32,000 nt of DNA from Caedibacter taeniospiralis (GTDB taxonomy: Bacteria > Pseudomonadota > Gammaproteobacteria > Francisellales > Francisellaceae), in NCBI RefSeq assembly GCF_002803295.2, contig NZ_PGGB02000003.1:30210-62209 (forward strand). Reading direction: 5' to 3'. Both the position numbers and the translations under genes were made by a program. Below are positions 9,899-19,619 of this stretch, piece by piece; position 1 is the first letter of the stretch; each line of letters opens with the position of its first letter. The notes beneath the pieces were generated by a model that saw only the letters and a program-made list of their open reading frames with translations, was not told the DNA's origin and searched no databases.

Positions 9899-10339
9899 CT
9901 ATTCATCATGCCCCTTATCTTTATCCAAATCGTTTTTTTGTTGTGTGCGGTAGTGATTCAGATCGATAACATTATTCGCATGGGTCGAAAGATTTTTCGT
10001 CCCTACTTCCGTCACCGTTACCTTTTGCTCATTGGATATCACCTGCAAAAAATGATTTCCATTGAACTGTAAAAACGCCCTGTAGCGATCAACCCCATCA
10101 TCGCTATACTCAAACGCATATTCACGAAATAAGCACATACTGCCAATATCACTTTGCCTCGACAATCTGATCTTCGTTAAGCAGACCGTATCATCCAACA
10201 ACTGAACATCCCATTGTTTCACCACCTTTAATGCGGTATGTATAGCAAACTCACGCGCGCGCATGGCGCTTCGCCATCCTAAAATAACAACCACCACAAT
10301 AATCATTGCCACAGCAATACCGATACTCATATTAGCCAA
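9899..10339 (-). CDS. DUF3301-like single-pass membrane protein
   Basis: 146 aa; N-terminal TM helix followed by a hydrophilic domain (CLTKIRLSRQSDIGSMCLFREYAFEYSDDG). Immediately downstream of lptA. Confidence 0.7.
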   Translation of the reverse strand: MANMSIGIAVAMIIVVVVILGWRSAMRAREFAIHTALKVVKQWDVQLLDDTVCLTKIRLSRQSDIGSMCLFREYAFEYSDDGVDRYRAFLQFNGNHFLQVISNEQKVTVTEVGTKNLSTHANNVIDLNHYRTQQKNDLDKDKGHDE

Positions 10340-10341
10340 GC

Positions 10342-11088
10342 CTACTTTTGATTAAGGTTATTTAAAATAACCGTCGCACGTTGCCCCGTATCAGGTACGG
10401 TCACTAGACCATTTTTGGTGTCATATAGCACCTTATCACCAGAAAAACGATTCCCCGCACGATCGACATGGGCTTTAGTTTGGATTGTTAATATGCTGTT
10501 AAGCAAATTAAAATCCATTTGTCTGCCTTCTGCATACATCGTTTCCTGGTCTGATGAAGCTTGTTTGGTTTTTGCCTCTTTTGGAAATGGTAAGGAGTAG
10601 AATTTAGCCATATAGGGATCCGTTGACGTCAAAGTAACCTCCTTGAGCTGCCTGTTTTGATCATCAAATAAAAGCGTTAAAATTTGCCCTGAAAGAAAAC
10701 GACAACCATTTTGTTTTTTGCATACCTCTTTGGCATAGTCTAGAGACTGCTGCTGAAGCTTTTGATAATCAACATTTTGCAACGGAAATTGATACACTGA
10801 CCATTTGCTGTTTTCATTGGGAACATTATGACCACCGCATTGAATATTGGCATTTTTAGTTTGCATTACCAACACATTACCTTGATAAATCATTTTATGT
10901 GCATCCTGGCTATAAGATAAGCTATCACTGCAAATGGTGATTGGACCGTCTCCTGTCGCATTTTTGCCAAACATTCCTGCGGCATCCATGCTAGCCTCAC
11001 TGCTTTGTGCAAAGGATACTCCCATGCTCAACAGAGAAAGGCTTAAAAGCAATAAAGCGCCAGGCTTACATCGTTTACTGTCCTGCAT
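10342..11088 (-). CDS. lptA: LptA/OstA-family lipopolysaccharide transport periplasmic protein
   Basis: Signal peptide, ITICSDSLSYSQDAHKMIYQGNVLVMQ, YAEGRQMDF and FSGDKVLYDTKNG. Sits downstream of kdsC-lptC. Confidence 0.85.
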   Translation of the reverse strand: MQDSKRCKPGALLLLSLSLLSMGVSFAQSSEASMDAAGMFGKNATGDGPITICSDSLSYSQDAHKMIYQGNVLVMQTKNANIQCGGHNVPNENSKWSVYQFPLQNVDYQKLQQQSLDYAKEVCKKQNGCRFLSGQILTLLFDDQNRQLKEVTLTSTDPYMAKFYSLPFPKEAKTKQASSDQETMYAEGRQMDFNLLNSILTIQTKAHVDRAGNRFSGDKVLYDTKNGLVTVPDTGQRATVILNNLNQK

Positions 11089-11656
11089 AATAACTTCTGA
11101 CCTCTTTTAATAATTTAAAATCACCTTTTTTAGGTGCGCTAATCATCCCAATACCAACGGTATTATTCGGTGTGCCTGGTTGACTAATAATAACCTTTTG
11201 ATCTGTAGTCAAATTATCCTGATAATTATCATAATCAACCACATCCGTCATCATTTTTATTGCAGGTGAATTTTTGCCATTTGCCTTACGCTGCATGATA
11301 ACATTGCCATACAATCGAATATTATTATTGCTATTAGTAATATCGGCATAGTCAGAAGTAATATGCCAGGGTTTATCTTCAGGTTTTTTTGCATAAAAAA
11401 CAGCACTCACCCCATCCAATTTGGCATCCTGGTTATAAAAGCGCTTTGAGTCTTTAGCGGTTGCTGTATATTGCAGCCGACCACTTTGATTATATTTTTC
11501 ATAAACAAGATCTTGTGCTGTATTTTCAACAAAATGTGCGGGTAAATCTCCATGACTGATCTGCTCTTGTGCTGATTTCACCACAAGCCAGCCGCTGGAG
11601 CCAATGACAGTTACTAGTCCAATCGTTGTAAAAAACACGCGTTTACTAAAAAACAT
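11075..11656 (-). CDS. lptC: LPS export ABC transporter periplasmic protein LptC
   Basis: 193 aa; N-terminal TM, YNQSGRLQYTATAKDSKRFYNQD, syntenic between kdsC and lptA. Confidence 0.87.
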   Translation of the reverse strand: MFFSKRVFFTTIGLVTVIGSSGWLVVKSAQEQISHGDLPAHFVENTAQDLVYEKYNQSGRLQYTATAKDSKRFYNQDAKLDGVSAVFYAKKPEDKPWHITSDYADITNSNNNIRLYGNVIMQRKANGKNSPAIKMMTDVVDYDNYQDNLTTDQKVIISQPGTPNNTVGIGMISAPKKGDFKLLKEVRSYYAGQ

Positions 11657-12207
11657 TACCCTCGCACCTCACCAAAGGTGATGAAGTCTTGAAGCACTAC
11701 CTGATAAACGCCTTTGGCATCAAGAATCAAATCGCAGATTTCCCTGACCGCACCCTGACCACCTTTACTAAGCGTTACATAATCGACTTTAGATTTAACA
11801 ATGGCTACAGCGTCACTTGGCGCAAACGTCACCAGAGATTTTGCCATGATGGCTAAATCAGGCAGATCATCACCCATATAAGCTACTTCGTAGGGAGTAA
11901 ATTCATATTTAGCTAACAGATCGTCAAATGCCTGAAGCTTATTCTTTTGTCCTTGATAGACATCTTTAACGCCTAGTGCCATGAGTCTAGTCTCAACAAT
12001 TTTTGAAGTTTTCCCCGTAATGACCGCAAGCTTAATCCCAAATTTCTGCAGCAACAGCATCCCTAAACCATCTTTAACATCAAAGTTTTTGATTTCATTA
12101 CCATCGTTACCAAGAATAATTTTCCCATCGGTTAGAACACCATCAACGTCCAATATTAACAGTTTAATTTCCGCGAGCTTTTCTTTTAATTTGGAGTCAA
12201 TCATCAC
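11656..12207 (-). CDS. kdsC: 3-deoxy-D-manno-octulosonate 8-phosphate phosphatase
   Basis: 183 aa; HAD motif LLILDVDGVLTDGKI, VYQGQKNKL, AYMGDDLPDLA. Confidence 0.95.
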   Translation of the reverse strand: MMIDSKLKEKLAEIKLLILDVDGVLTDGKIILGNDGNEIKNFDVKDGLGMLLLQKFGIKLAVITGKTSKIVETRLMALGVKDVYQGQKNKLQAFDDLLAKYEFTPYEVAYMGDDLPDLAIMAKSLVTFAPSDAVAIVKSKVDYVTLSKGGQGAVREICDLILDAKGVYQVVLQDFITFGEVRG

Positions 12208-12273
12208 AAGGCACGAGTACTATAGAAATTTTGGCACAGTATAGCAGCTTTTCAACGCAGGCAACAAACGCTT

Positions 12274-13692
12274 TTAGCCATTCCCAAAGAGGGACTTAAA
12301 CCATTTAAATCGCCTGCCATAAGGCGGGTAAAGTAGGGTTGCTGTATTAATCCGTCCACGCTGAAAAATGGATTGGACATTACTAAAGTTCTGAAACCCC
12401 TCAAACCCGTGATAACGCCCCATCCCCGAGGCGCCAACCCCACCAAAGGGCAAATCGTGTTGAGCGATATGGTTTAACAGATCATTAATGCACATGCCTC
12501 CACTTGAAATGGATCGTGTCATATATTCCTGTTGCATTTTATCGTGACTAAACAAGTAACAGGCAAGTGGTTTGGGCTTACGGTTGATATAGCTGACAAC
12601 CTCATCAAGCGTTTTATAACTTAACACGGGCAATAGCGGACCAAAGATCTCTTCTTTCATTACGTTAAGTTCATCATCTGGATTGACTAATAAAGTCAGA
12701 GGAAACTTTCTTATTTCAATACTCTCAAGGCTTGCTTCTGATAAGGGTATGATGCTTATCTTTGCTTCTTTAGCCTCTATCAAATAATGCTGTAATCGCT
12801 CAAATTGCTGCAGGTTAATGATAGAACCATAGTTTTTATTGTGATTGAAATCCTGATACATGTCATTGAAAGCTTTTTTCATAGCACAAACAAAGTCATC
12901 AAGCTTACGCTCATAGATAAAGACATAATCAGGGGCAATACAGGTTTGTCCAGCATTAAGCCCCTTGGCAAAAGCAATCATTTTTGCTGCCTTATCTAAC
13001 GGGAATTGCGCATCAATAATCAGGGGAGATTTGCCACCTAGCTCTAAAGTGGCAGGGGTTAAATTTAAAGCGGCTGCTTGCATCACTTTTTTAGCCACTC
13101 TGGTTGAGCCCGTAAAAAATAAATGGTCAAATGGCAGCTGACTAAACTCCTGCGCAATCTCTGACTCACCTGTTATCACTGCGACTTCATCAATAGTAAA
13201 ACAATCCTGGCAAATACGCCTGATCACTGCATTCGTGTGCGGCGTAAATTCCGACATTTTGATACAGACTCGGTTCCCCGCAGCAATGGCATATACCAGG
13301 GGTGATAAGCTCAACAATATGGGGTAATTCCATGGCACCATAATCCCCACCACCCCCAGTGGCTGATAACAAACATAGCTTCTAGCGGGTTGGAAAATAA
13401 GACTGGTATGGCGCTTGTGCTTTTTCATCCATTGACGTAAGTTTTTTACCACATACCTGATAGTAGAGGTGATTTGAAAAATCTCACTTATCCAGGTTTG
13501 CTCATGGCAGCGATGTCCAAAATCTCTACTCACCGCAGCGGCAAGCTCTTCTTCATGCTTTACAATCTCATACAGCAGTTGTTTTAATTTTCCTTTGCGC
13601 AATCGATATTCAGGGTAACGATATAAAACGTAAGACTTTTGCTGCAAATTAAAAATGGCGTTCAGCTGCTGCTTTTGACTAAGATGATCCAT
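12274..13692 (-). CDS. Aldehyde dehydrogenase family protein (coniferyl aldehyde dehydrogenase-like)
   Basis: Track ORF begins at 13830, but the in-frame ATG at 13692 (MDHLSQKQQLNAIF...) sits just after the trhO stop and avoids overlap. Motifs GVVGIMVPWNYP-like, TGSTRVAKKVM, LELGGKSP and GLNAGQTCIAPDY. Confidence 0.92.
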   Translation of the reverse strand: MDHLSQKQQLNAIFNLQQKSYVLYRYPEYRLRKGKLKQLLYEIVKHEEELAAAVSRDFGHRCHEQTWISEIFQITSTIRYVVKNLRQWMKKHKRHTSLIFQPARSYVCYQPLGVVGIMVPWNYPILLSLSPLVYAIAAGNRVCIKMSEFTPHTNAVIRRICQDCFTIDEVAVITGESEIAQEFSQLPFDHLFFTGSTRVAKKVMQAAALNLTPATLELGGKSPLIIDAQFPLDKAAKMIAFAKGLNAGQTCIAPDYVFIYERKLDDFVCAMKKAFNDMYQDFNHNKNYGSIINLQQFERLQHYLIEAKEAKISIIPLSEASLESIEIRKFPLTLLVNPDDELNVMKEEIFGPLLPVLSYKTLDEVVSYINRKPKPLACYLFSHDKMQQEYMTRSISSGGMCINDLLNHIAQHDLPFGGVGASGMGRYHGFEGFQNFSNVQSIFQRGRINTATLLYPPYGRRFKWFKSLFGNG

Positions 13693-13696
13693 ATGA

Positions 13697-14701
13697 TTAG
13701 CTGAAGGATGTGACAATGGCAGCATTTTCCTGACGATTTCTTTCACGCTTTTCAAGTTTTTGCACTTTGCGTAACTTTGCCGCCTCTTTAGCTTCCTCAC
13801 CAATATGTGACTCACCACGCTCACGAGCAAGCTGACTCTGCTTTTCGCGCTCTAAAAAGCGCTTTCTTTGCTCTGAAGTATGATGTCCCTTGCAATGATG
13901 GCAAGAAACGCCTTGTGCATATTCAGGCTTCAACTTATCTTCCTCGGTAATCGGACGCCTGCAGGCATAACATTGATCATATTGTCCTTTCTCCAGCTCA
14001 TGCGTGACCGCAACGCGCGAATCAAATACAAAGCACTCGCCCTGCCATAAACTTTCTGTCACAGGAACCTCTTCCAGATATTTTAAAATGCCACCTTCAA
14101 GATGATAGACCTCATCAAAACCCTGCTCTTTTAAGTATGCCGTTGACTTTTCACAGCGAATGCCGCCTGTACAAAACATCGCTACTTTTTTGTGCTTTGT
14201 TTTATCTAAATTCTTCTTAACAAACTCTGGAAATTCTCTAAAAGTCTCAGTCTGCGGATTAATGGCATTTTTAAAAGTGCCAATAGCGACTTCGTAATCA
14301 TTGCGTGTATCCACTAATAAGACCTCTGGATCTGAAATAAGCGCATTCCAGTCACACGGCTTAATGTAAGTCCCACAGACCTTTAGTGGATCAAGTCCTT
14401 CAATGCCCAAAGTCACAATTTCTTTCTTAAGTTTTACTTTAGCGCGATTAAACGGAATATGGTCATCACAAGATTCTTTGTGTGAAATATCCGCCAGGCG
14501 GGAATCAGATTGTAGAAATTTCAGCACGGCATCAATTCCTTCTTTGATGCCCGCAATCGTACCATTAATTCCTTCTCTGGCTAACAGCAACGTGCCACGC
14601 ACCCGATTATCCTCCATCACTTTTAGCAATGGTGTTCTTATTTCCTCAAAATCTTCCAACGTCACAAACTTATACATCGCAGAGACTACGTACTTTGACA
14701 T
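13697..14701 (-). CDS. trhO: Rhodanese-related tRNA uridine(34) hydroxylase/sulfurtransferase TrhO (YceA)
   Basis: 334 aa; [48 protein letters not shown] and C-terminal Cys pairs. Confidence 0.93.
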   Translation of the reverse strand: MSKYVVSAMYKFVTLEDFEEIRTPLLKVMEDNRVRGTLLLAREGINGTIAGIKEGIDAVLKFLQSDSRLADISHKESCDDHIPFNRAKVKLKKEIVTLGIEGLDPLKVCGTYIKPCDWNALISDPEVLLVDTRNDYEVAIGTFKNAINPQTETFREFPEFVKKNLDKTKHKKVAMFCTGGIRCEKSTAYLKEQGFDEVYHLEGGILKYLEEVPVTESLWQGECFVFDSRVAVTHELEKGQYDQCYACRRPITEEDKLKPEYAQGVSCHHCKGHHTSEQRKRFLEREKQSQLARERGESHIGEEAKEAAKLRKVQKLEKRERNRQENAAIVTSFS

Positions 14702-15001
14702 GACTATACCCTTTTTATTTCTTATTCAAAAACCAGCTATTTATCTTGATCAGATGAGTAACGCAACTACAACATTCTCTTTACGGTACGGCATCCATCA
14801 AAGGTGATGCGCATTATACACCATTTCATCTAAACACCAAACCTTATCCCAACGGTCAAAGCATCGCAGAAATTCCTTAATGTTATCTGTTGCGTACTTT
14901 TACGCTTATGCGCTTGTATGGCTAGAGGATAAAATGGTTTTACTTTATACTGAATTTGCGTTCAATTTTTGAAAACGCATTATGATCAAAATGGGAAAAC
15001 T

Positions 15002-16198
15002 ATGTTACACATCAAAGCCTCAGCTTCGGCAAAGGTTATTTTTATCTTTATTATTATGGTAACGTCAATGCTTGGCATTTTTGTTTCCGACATCTATGTC
15101 CCTTCATTGCCAAGCATTAGCGAGGACTTCGGCACAGGGACACATTTACTGGCTTTTAGTGTCACTTACTACTTTATTGTCTTTGCCTCTTCACAGCTGA
15201 TCTATGGACCCTTATCTGAGCGTTTTGGTCGGCGTAAAATTTTCTTATCAGGACTTGGCATAAGTATTATCGGCACACTTATTACCGTATTTAGTGTGAA
15301 CTTTACAATGCTCATGACTGGGCGGACCTTTGAGGCTATTGGCATGGCAGCACCCATGTCGCTAGGACGCGTGATTTTACGTGACGTGATTCCAGAGAAA
15401 ATCAAGTATGCCCGCTTTATGTCGTTTATGGGCATTGGCACATTAATGGCTCCTGTTATTGCACCAATTTTTGGCGCTTTTTTGGCACACGCTTATCACT
15501 GGCGTGCTGATTTTATCTTTATCCTAACGTTGAGCTTGATCTGCTATATTGGCGCTTACTTGTATCTCATTGAAACACTTCTTAACCCCAAGAAGCGTCT
15601 TTCTGCCAAACTATCGTTGCAAACCTACGCCTGGGTCATTAAAAACAAAGCCTTCATTAAAAATACGATCATCTCAAGTACCGTCATGGGTGCTATTATC
15701 GCCTACTTATCGCTGAGCGCTTTTCTATTTCAGCACTATTTCGGTTTAAGCGAAATCGATTATGCGATCATCTTTGGTCTCGGTGAGGCATTTATTGCCG
15801 TTGGCATGTTTGCCAATGCCATGGCACTAAAATACATTTCGATTGAAAGTGCACAAGTTTTAGCCGTTTTGCTATTTTTACTTTCAGGTATTTTAATCAC
15901 TATTCAGGCGGTATTTTTTACTCAAAATCTTCTGTTTATTACGTTTGCCGTGATTATTTTTAACTTTGCAGCAGGGGTTGTTTTTCCAACCAGCAGCACC
16001 TTAGCCATCGTCACCTTCAAAGCACGCTTAGGAGCTGTTGGCAGTTTATATGGTTGCATTAGCATGCTTGCTGCAGGATTAATCAGTGGTATTGCCCTTT
16101 CAATACCACTAACTCCCAATCTGTTAATTGCACTACTTATCTTAGTGATGTCACTAGTGGCTGTCTTTGTTCTTTTTGCTATGCCTGACAAAGCATGA
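15002..16198 (+). CDS. MFS transporter, Bcr/CflA drug-resistance family
   Basis: Track start at 14969 is a TTG; ATG at 15002 preferred. DIYVPSLPSISEDFGT, QLIYGPLSERFGRRKI and FEAIGMAAPMSLGRVILRD are typical of the family. Confidence 0.9.
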   Translation: MLHIKASASAKVIFIFIIMVTSMLGIFVSDIYVPSLPSISEDFGTGTHLLAFSVTYYFIVFASSQLIYGPLSERFGRRKIFLSGLGISIIGTLITVFSVNFTMLMTGRTFEAIGMAAPMSLGRVILRDVIPEKIKYARFMSFMGIGTLMAPVIAPIFGAFLAHAYHWRADFIFILTLSLICYIGAYLYLIETLLNPKKRLSAKLSLQTYAWVIKNKAFIKNTIISSTVMGAIIAYLSLSAFLFQHYFGLSEIDYAIIFGLGEAFIAVGMFANAMALKYISIESAQVLAVLLFLLSGILITIQAVFFTQNLLFITFAVIIFNFAAGVVFPTSSTLAIVTFKARLGAVGSLYGCISMLAAGLISGIALSIPLTPNLLIALLILVMSLVAVFVLFAMPDKA

Positions 16199-16729
16199 AG
16201 CAAGGTGGTCATTCACCATCCCCGTGGCTTGCATAAACGCATAACAAATAGTCTTTCCCACAAATGTAAACCCTTGAGATTTTATCCATTTACTCATCAA
16301 CATCGATTCATGGATAAAGGCAGGAACTTTATCGGTTGTAGAATAGATGACTTGAGTTTTTGGCGCAAACTGCCACAACGCATCAACCATTGACAGAGTT
16401 TGAGACAGCTTAAGCCACTGTCTTGCATTATTAATCACGCTATTCATTTTTAACCGATTGCGAATAAGCCCAGGATCTTGCATCAGCCTTTCGACATCAT
16501 GTTCAGTCATTTGCACGACTTTAGCGATTTCAAAATTATAAAAAGAGTTTCTATAGTTTTCTCGACGTTTTAAAATCGTCTGCCAGCTTAAGCCTGCTTG
16601 CGCACCTTCAAGACATAAAAACTCAAATAAGCGCTGCTCATCATAAACCGCCATACCCCATTCATAATCGTGGTAGGCTTGCATTTGTTTATTTGAGTCA
16701 GCCCAAGGACAACGTTGTTGTGCCATCAT
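16154..16729 (-). CDS. tag: DNA-3-methyladenine glycosylase I
   Basis: 191 aa; RCPWADSNKQMQAYHDYEWGMAVYDEQRLFEFLCLEGAQAGLSWQTILKRRENYR and GFTFVGKTICYAFMQATGMVNDH. Confidence 0.95.
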   Translation of the reverse strand: MMAQQRCPWADSNKQMQAYHDYEWGMAVYDEQRLFEFLCLEGAQAGLSWQTILKRRENYRNSFYNFEIAKVVQMTEHDVERLMQDPGLIRNRLKMNSVINNARQWLKLSQTLSMVDALWQFAPKTQVIYSTTDKVPAFIHESMLMSKWIKSQGFTFVGKTICYAFMQATGMVNDHLASCFVRHSKKNKDSH

Positions 16730-17370
16730 TTTTGCGTCCCTTGTAGTGCTAAACGAATCAGACTCTCCACATTATTTGCCTCGGTTTTAACTTGATGTAC
16801 ATATTTCTCCGCTTCTTTGCGTTTGTAACCCAATGCTTCAAGCGCATCCACTGCCTGATGCACCATTGAGTTTGCATGATAACCATCACTTGCTGATGGC
16901 ATAAGATTTTGCTCATTTTGCGTGCTATGTACCCTATTTTGTGTTAGTGCATCTAGCTCAAGCATAAGTTTTGTTATCTTATCTTTCATCTCAATGACAA
17001 TGCGCTCAGCTGTTTTTTTACCCACCCCTGGAATGGTACACAAAAGCCCATGATCCTGTGCTTCAATACATTGAACAAAGGTTATTCCATCCATACCAGA
17101 GAGAATAGCCAGTGACATTTTAGCACCAATACCATTGATCTTAATGAGCTCCTGAAACAATCGTCGATCTGATTTTGTGGCAAAGCCGTAAAGCTGTTGC
17201 ACATCCTCACGCACGATAAAATGTGTATGCAATACGACTTCTTGCCCAATATCTCCCAGTTTATAAATTGAGCTCATCGGCACCCATATTTCGTAGCCAA
17301 CGCCACCTGCTTCAACTAATATCAACGGAGGCTGTTTTTCTATAAGCTCTCCTCTTACGCGTCCAATCAT
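16726..17370 (-). CDS. ruvA: Holliday junction branch migration protein RuvA
   Basis: 214 aa; [68 protein letters not shown]. Confidence 0.97.
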   Translation of the reverse strand: MIGRVRGELIEKQPPLILVEAGGVGYEIWVPMSSIYKLGDIGQEVVLHTHFIVREDVQQLYGFATKSDRRLFQELIKINGIGAKMSLAILSGMDGITFVQCIEAQDHGLLCTIPGVGKKTAERIVIEMKDKITKLMLELDALTQNRVHSTQNEQNLMPSASDGYHANSMVHQAVDALEALGYKRKEAEKYVHQVKTEANNVESLIRLALQGTQK

Positions 17371-17882
17371 CTTAAACGTCCTCGTACTATTTTTGTCGCC
17401 CCTGGAATAAACTGAAGACTATTGCGACTGTGAAAATGACAAATCGCAATCGCTAAAGCGTCAGCAGCATCCGCTTGGGGTTTACTGCTTAATTGCAAAA
17501 AGGATTGTACCATGTGCTGCACTTGAAATTTTGTCGCGTTACCATTACCGACTACGGATTGTTTAACCTGCTTTGCGGAGTATTCGTGTACCATTAAATC
17601 CTGATTTGCCAAGGCACAGATCGCTACCCCTCGCGCCTGTCCCAATTTCAAAGCAGCACCTGGATTCTGAAACATAAAGATCTGCTCAATTGCCGCTTCA
17701 GTTGGCTGATAGGCACGAACGATTTCTTCAACACCATCCTGAATCTGCTTTAAGCGCTCAGCAGTGGTTTCTTTGGTAATTCGAATACAACCACTAGTCA
17801 CATACAGGCATTCCCTCGCTTCTGCCTTGATAACTCCAAAACCTGTGATTCTTGATCCTGGGTCAATGCCTAAAATAATCAT
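17367..17882 (-). CDS. ruvC: Crossover junction endodeoxyribonuclease RuvC
   Basis: [39 protein letters not shown] and [12 protein letters not shown]. The true start is the ATG at 17882 (MIILGIDPG), not the track start at 17927. Confidence 0.96.
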   Translation of the reverse strand: MIILGIDPGSRITGFGVIKAEARECLYVTSGCIRITKETTAERLKQIQDGVEEIVRAYQPTEAAIEQIFMFQNPGAALKLGQARGVAICALANQDLMVHEYSAKQVKQSVVGNGNATKFQVQHMVQSFLQLSSKPQADAADALAIAICHFHSRNSLQFIPGATKIVRGRLR

Positions 17883-18517
17883 GCAAGTTTTTCCAATTGC
17901 ACAATCCAAGCGTTGAACACATGGCACTCCTGACAGATTGTATCCAAACCAATATCCAGGCTAATTAAGGAACCATGAAGCACCTTATCATAGGAGCTGC
18001 ACACTTTTAAAAGTCGTTTTGAAGGTGCGGTTTGCACACCATCGTTGATATGTTCTGGCGTTATAAACTCAGAACTAATTTTAGTCAATTCACTGACCAC
18101 ACCTTTATCATCAAACCAGTTGGCAAAAACTTGAGGCGCACTAAACAATAGTCCTTCAAATTCATGGGCAGTCAAGTTTGCAATAAAGTTGGGTTGAGCA
18201 ATATCATTCTGAAATACCTTACTGGCGGCTTTAACATTGCCAATTGAATCTGCTGTTTTGGTAAATGGCGGAAAGTCTTTGGGCAAAGCGTAATAGTCAA
18301 TGAACGTGGTGATATAAGCTTTGCTGTCTTCTTTACATTTTTGCAAAACCTGCTGTTTCACTTTACCATAACTAACTACACCCCCCTTACCTTGAGATGA
18401 TGTGCGTAAGACAATGGGGTTGATAACAATATTCAAACGTTCAAAATATGGTTGCAGTAGCTCACGAACAAAGCTTTCTTCCGTTTGCCCTTCGCAGAAA
18501 ATATATACTCGAGTCAT
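17879..18517 (-). CDS. DUF4276-family protein (predicted Toprim-like)
   Basis: [37 protein letters not shown] and [14 protein letters not shown] are characteristic of DUF4276. Start ATG at 18517 overlaps the ATPase stop; the track start at 18553 is an upstream extension. Confidence 0.8.
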   Translation of the reverse strand: MTRVYIFCEGQTEESFVRELLQPYFERLNIVINPIVLRTSSQGKGGVVSYGKVKQQVLQKCKEDSKAYITTFIDYYALPKDFPPFTKTADSIGNVKAASKVFQNDIAQPNFIANLTAHEFEGLLFSAPQVFANWFDDKGVVSELTKISSEFITPEHINDGVQTAPSKRLLKVCSSYDKVLHGSLISLDIGLDTICQECHVFNAWIVQLEKLA

Positions 18518-19593
18518 TTTGATGGTCTCCCACCAAGAATGTTTTTCTGCCACAGCTCACCCAGTGTATATTCATCCAGCCACGCCTTCAACTCGACTCT
18601 ATTTAAGCGATGTAAGTTAGTCACACCTTCGCCGCGATCAGCAACAATTACATCTTCAACCTCGAATTCATTCAACAAATCAGGAGATTGAGTAGAAATA
18701 ATAATTTGTTGGGTTTTGGATGCAGAGCGCAGTAAACCTGCCAACAAATGAATAGCATAGGGGTGTAATCCCAGCTCTGGCTCATCAATCAATATTGTAC
18801 ATGGTTTAAACTCTTCAGGCTGCAACAAAACTGTAGCCAAGCATATAAAACGCAAGGTGCCATCAGACAAAATACTTGCTTTAAAAGGGATATCCTGAGC
18901 TTTTTCAACCCATTCGAGTTCAATCTGATCTTTGGCATCAGGTAATGGTCGTAAATTAAAATCACCAAAAAATGGAGCCACCAAGCGAACAACTTTAACT
19001 ATGCGCTGATAATACTCAAGATGGTGGTTTTTCAGGTGATATAAAAATGCCGCGAGATTGCGAGCATCTGGACGCAAATAGGCATTGTCATTAATACCAT
19101 GGGGCTGCTTTACCAATGCACTATCGCTGGTATCGTGAAAATGGTATGCCCGCCAGTTTTTTATGACAGGGAGTGTGTAGTTTTTTATAAGTGATTTATG
19201 AGATTCCACTTGGCTTTCAAAATGTCCATAACCTACGCTGGTATCGCCTCTCATATTCCACCATAGGTCTTCACTTGCAAACATCATGCGGTTGTCGGTG
19301 GTAGGCTCTAGCATAAACTTGTAACCATTGTTACCAAAATACAGTTCAGCACTAAAACGTTCAGTCACCTTGCGACCAAAGTGCAGCATGGCATCAGGAC
19401 CACCTTGCTTACTAACATACAATTGCAATTTGCCTTCAAGCATTTGTGGAAGCAGCTTAAAAAAACTAATGAAATTCGATTTGCCTGCACCGTTTGGTCC
19501 AATCAAAACATTCAACTCATGCAGCTCTAAATCGCATTGTTTAATGGATTTGAAGCCTTTTAAAACAATGCGTGACAATTGGTCACATTTCAC
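18514..19593 (-). CDS. AAA_21-type (ABC/SMC-like) predicted ATPase, partner of DUF4276
   Basis: 359 aa; Walker A LNVLIGPNGAGKSN, signature-like ILSDGTLRFICL, Walker B CTILIDEPELGLHP, IIISTQSPDLL, C-terminal LGELWQKNILGGRP. GTG start preceded by a strong GGAGG with a 7-nt spacer. Confidence 0.88.
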   Translation of the reverse strand: MKCDQLSRIVLKGFKSIKQCDLELHELNVLIGPNGAGKSNFISFFKLLPQMLEGKLQLYVSKQGGPDAMLHFGRKVTERFSAELYFGNNGYKFMLEPTTDNRMMFASEDLWWNMRGDTSVGYGHFESQVESHKSLIKNYTLPVIKNWRAYHFHDTSDSALVKQPHGINDNAYLRPDARNLAAFLYHLKNHHLEYYQRIVKVVRLVAPFFGDFNLRPLPDAKDQIELEWVEKAQDIPFKASILSDGTLRFICLATVLLQPEEFKPCTILIDEPELGLHPYAIHLLAGLLRSASKTQQIIISTQSPDLLNEFEVEDVIVADRGEGVTNLHRLNRVELKAWLDEYTLGELWQKNILGGRPSK

Positions 19594-19619
19594 TCTTTAA
19601 CCTCCATCCATTTCCAAAT

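Noticed and set aside
9577-9969. 130-aa + strand ORF antisense to parA start and the DUF3301-like gene
   Set aside because: Mostly shadow of well-supported - strand genes, with no recognisable motif.
13693-13830. Upstream extension of the aldehyde dehydrogenase over trhO
   Set aside because: It overlaps the conserved C-terminal end of trhO; ATG at 13692 starts just after the trhO stop.
17883-17927. N-terminal extension of ruvC in the ORF track ([15 protein letters not shown])
   Set aside because: RuvC proteins start at M-I-I-L-G-I-D-P-G; the ATG at 17882 also gives a clean ATGA overlap with the DUF4276 stop.
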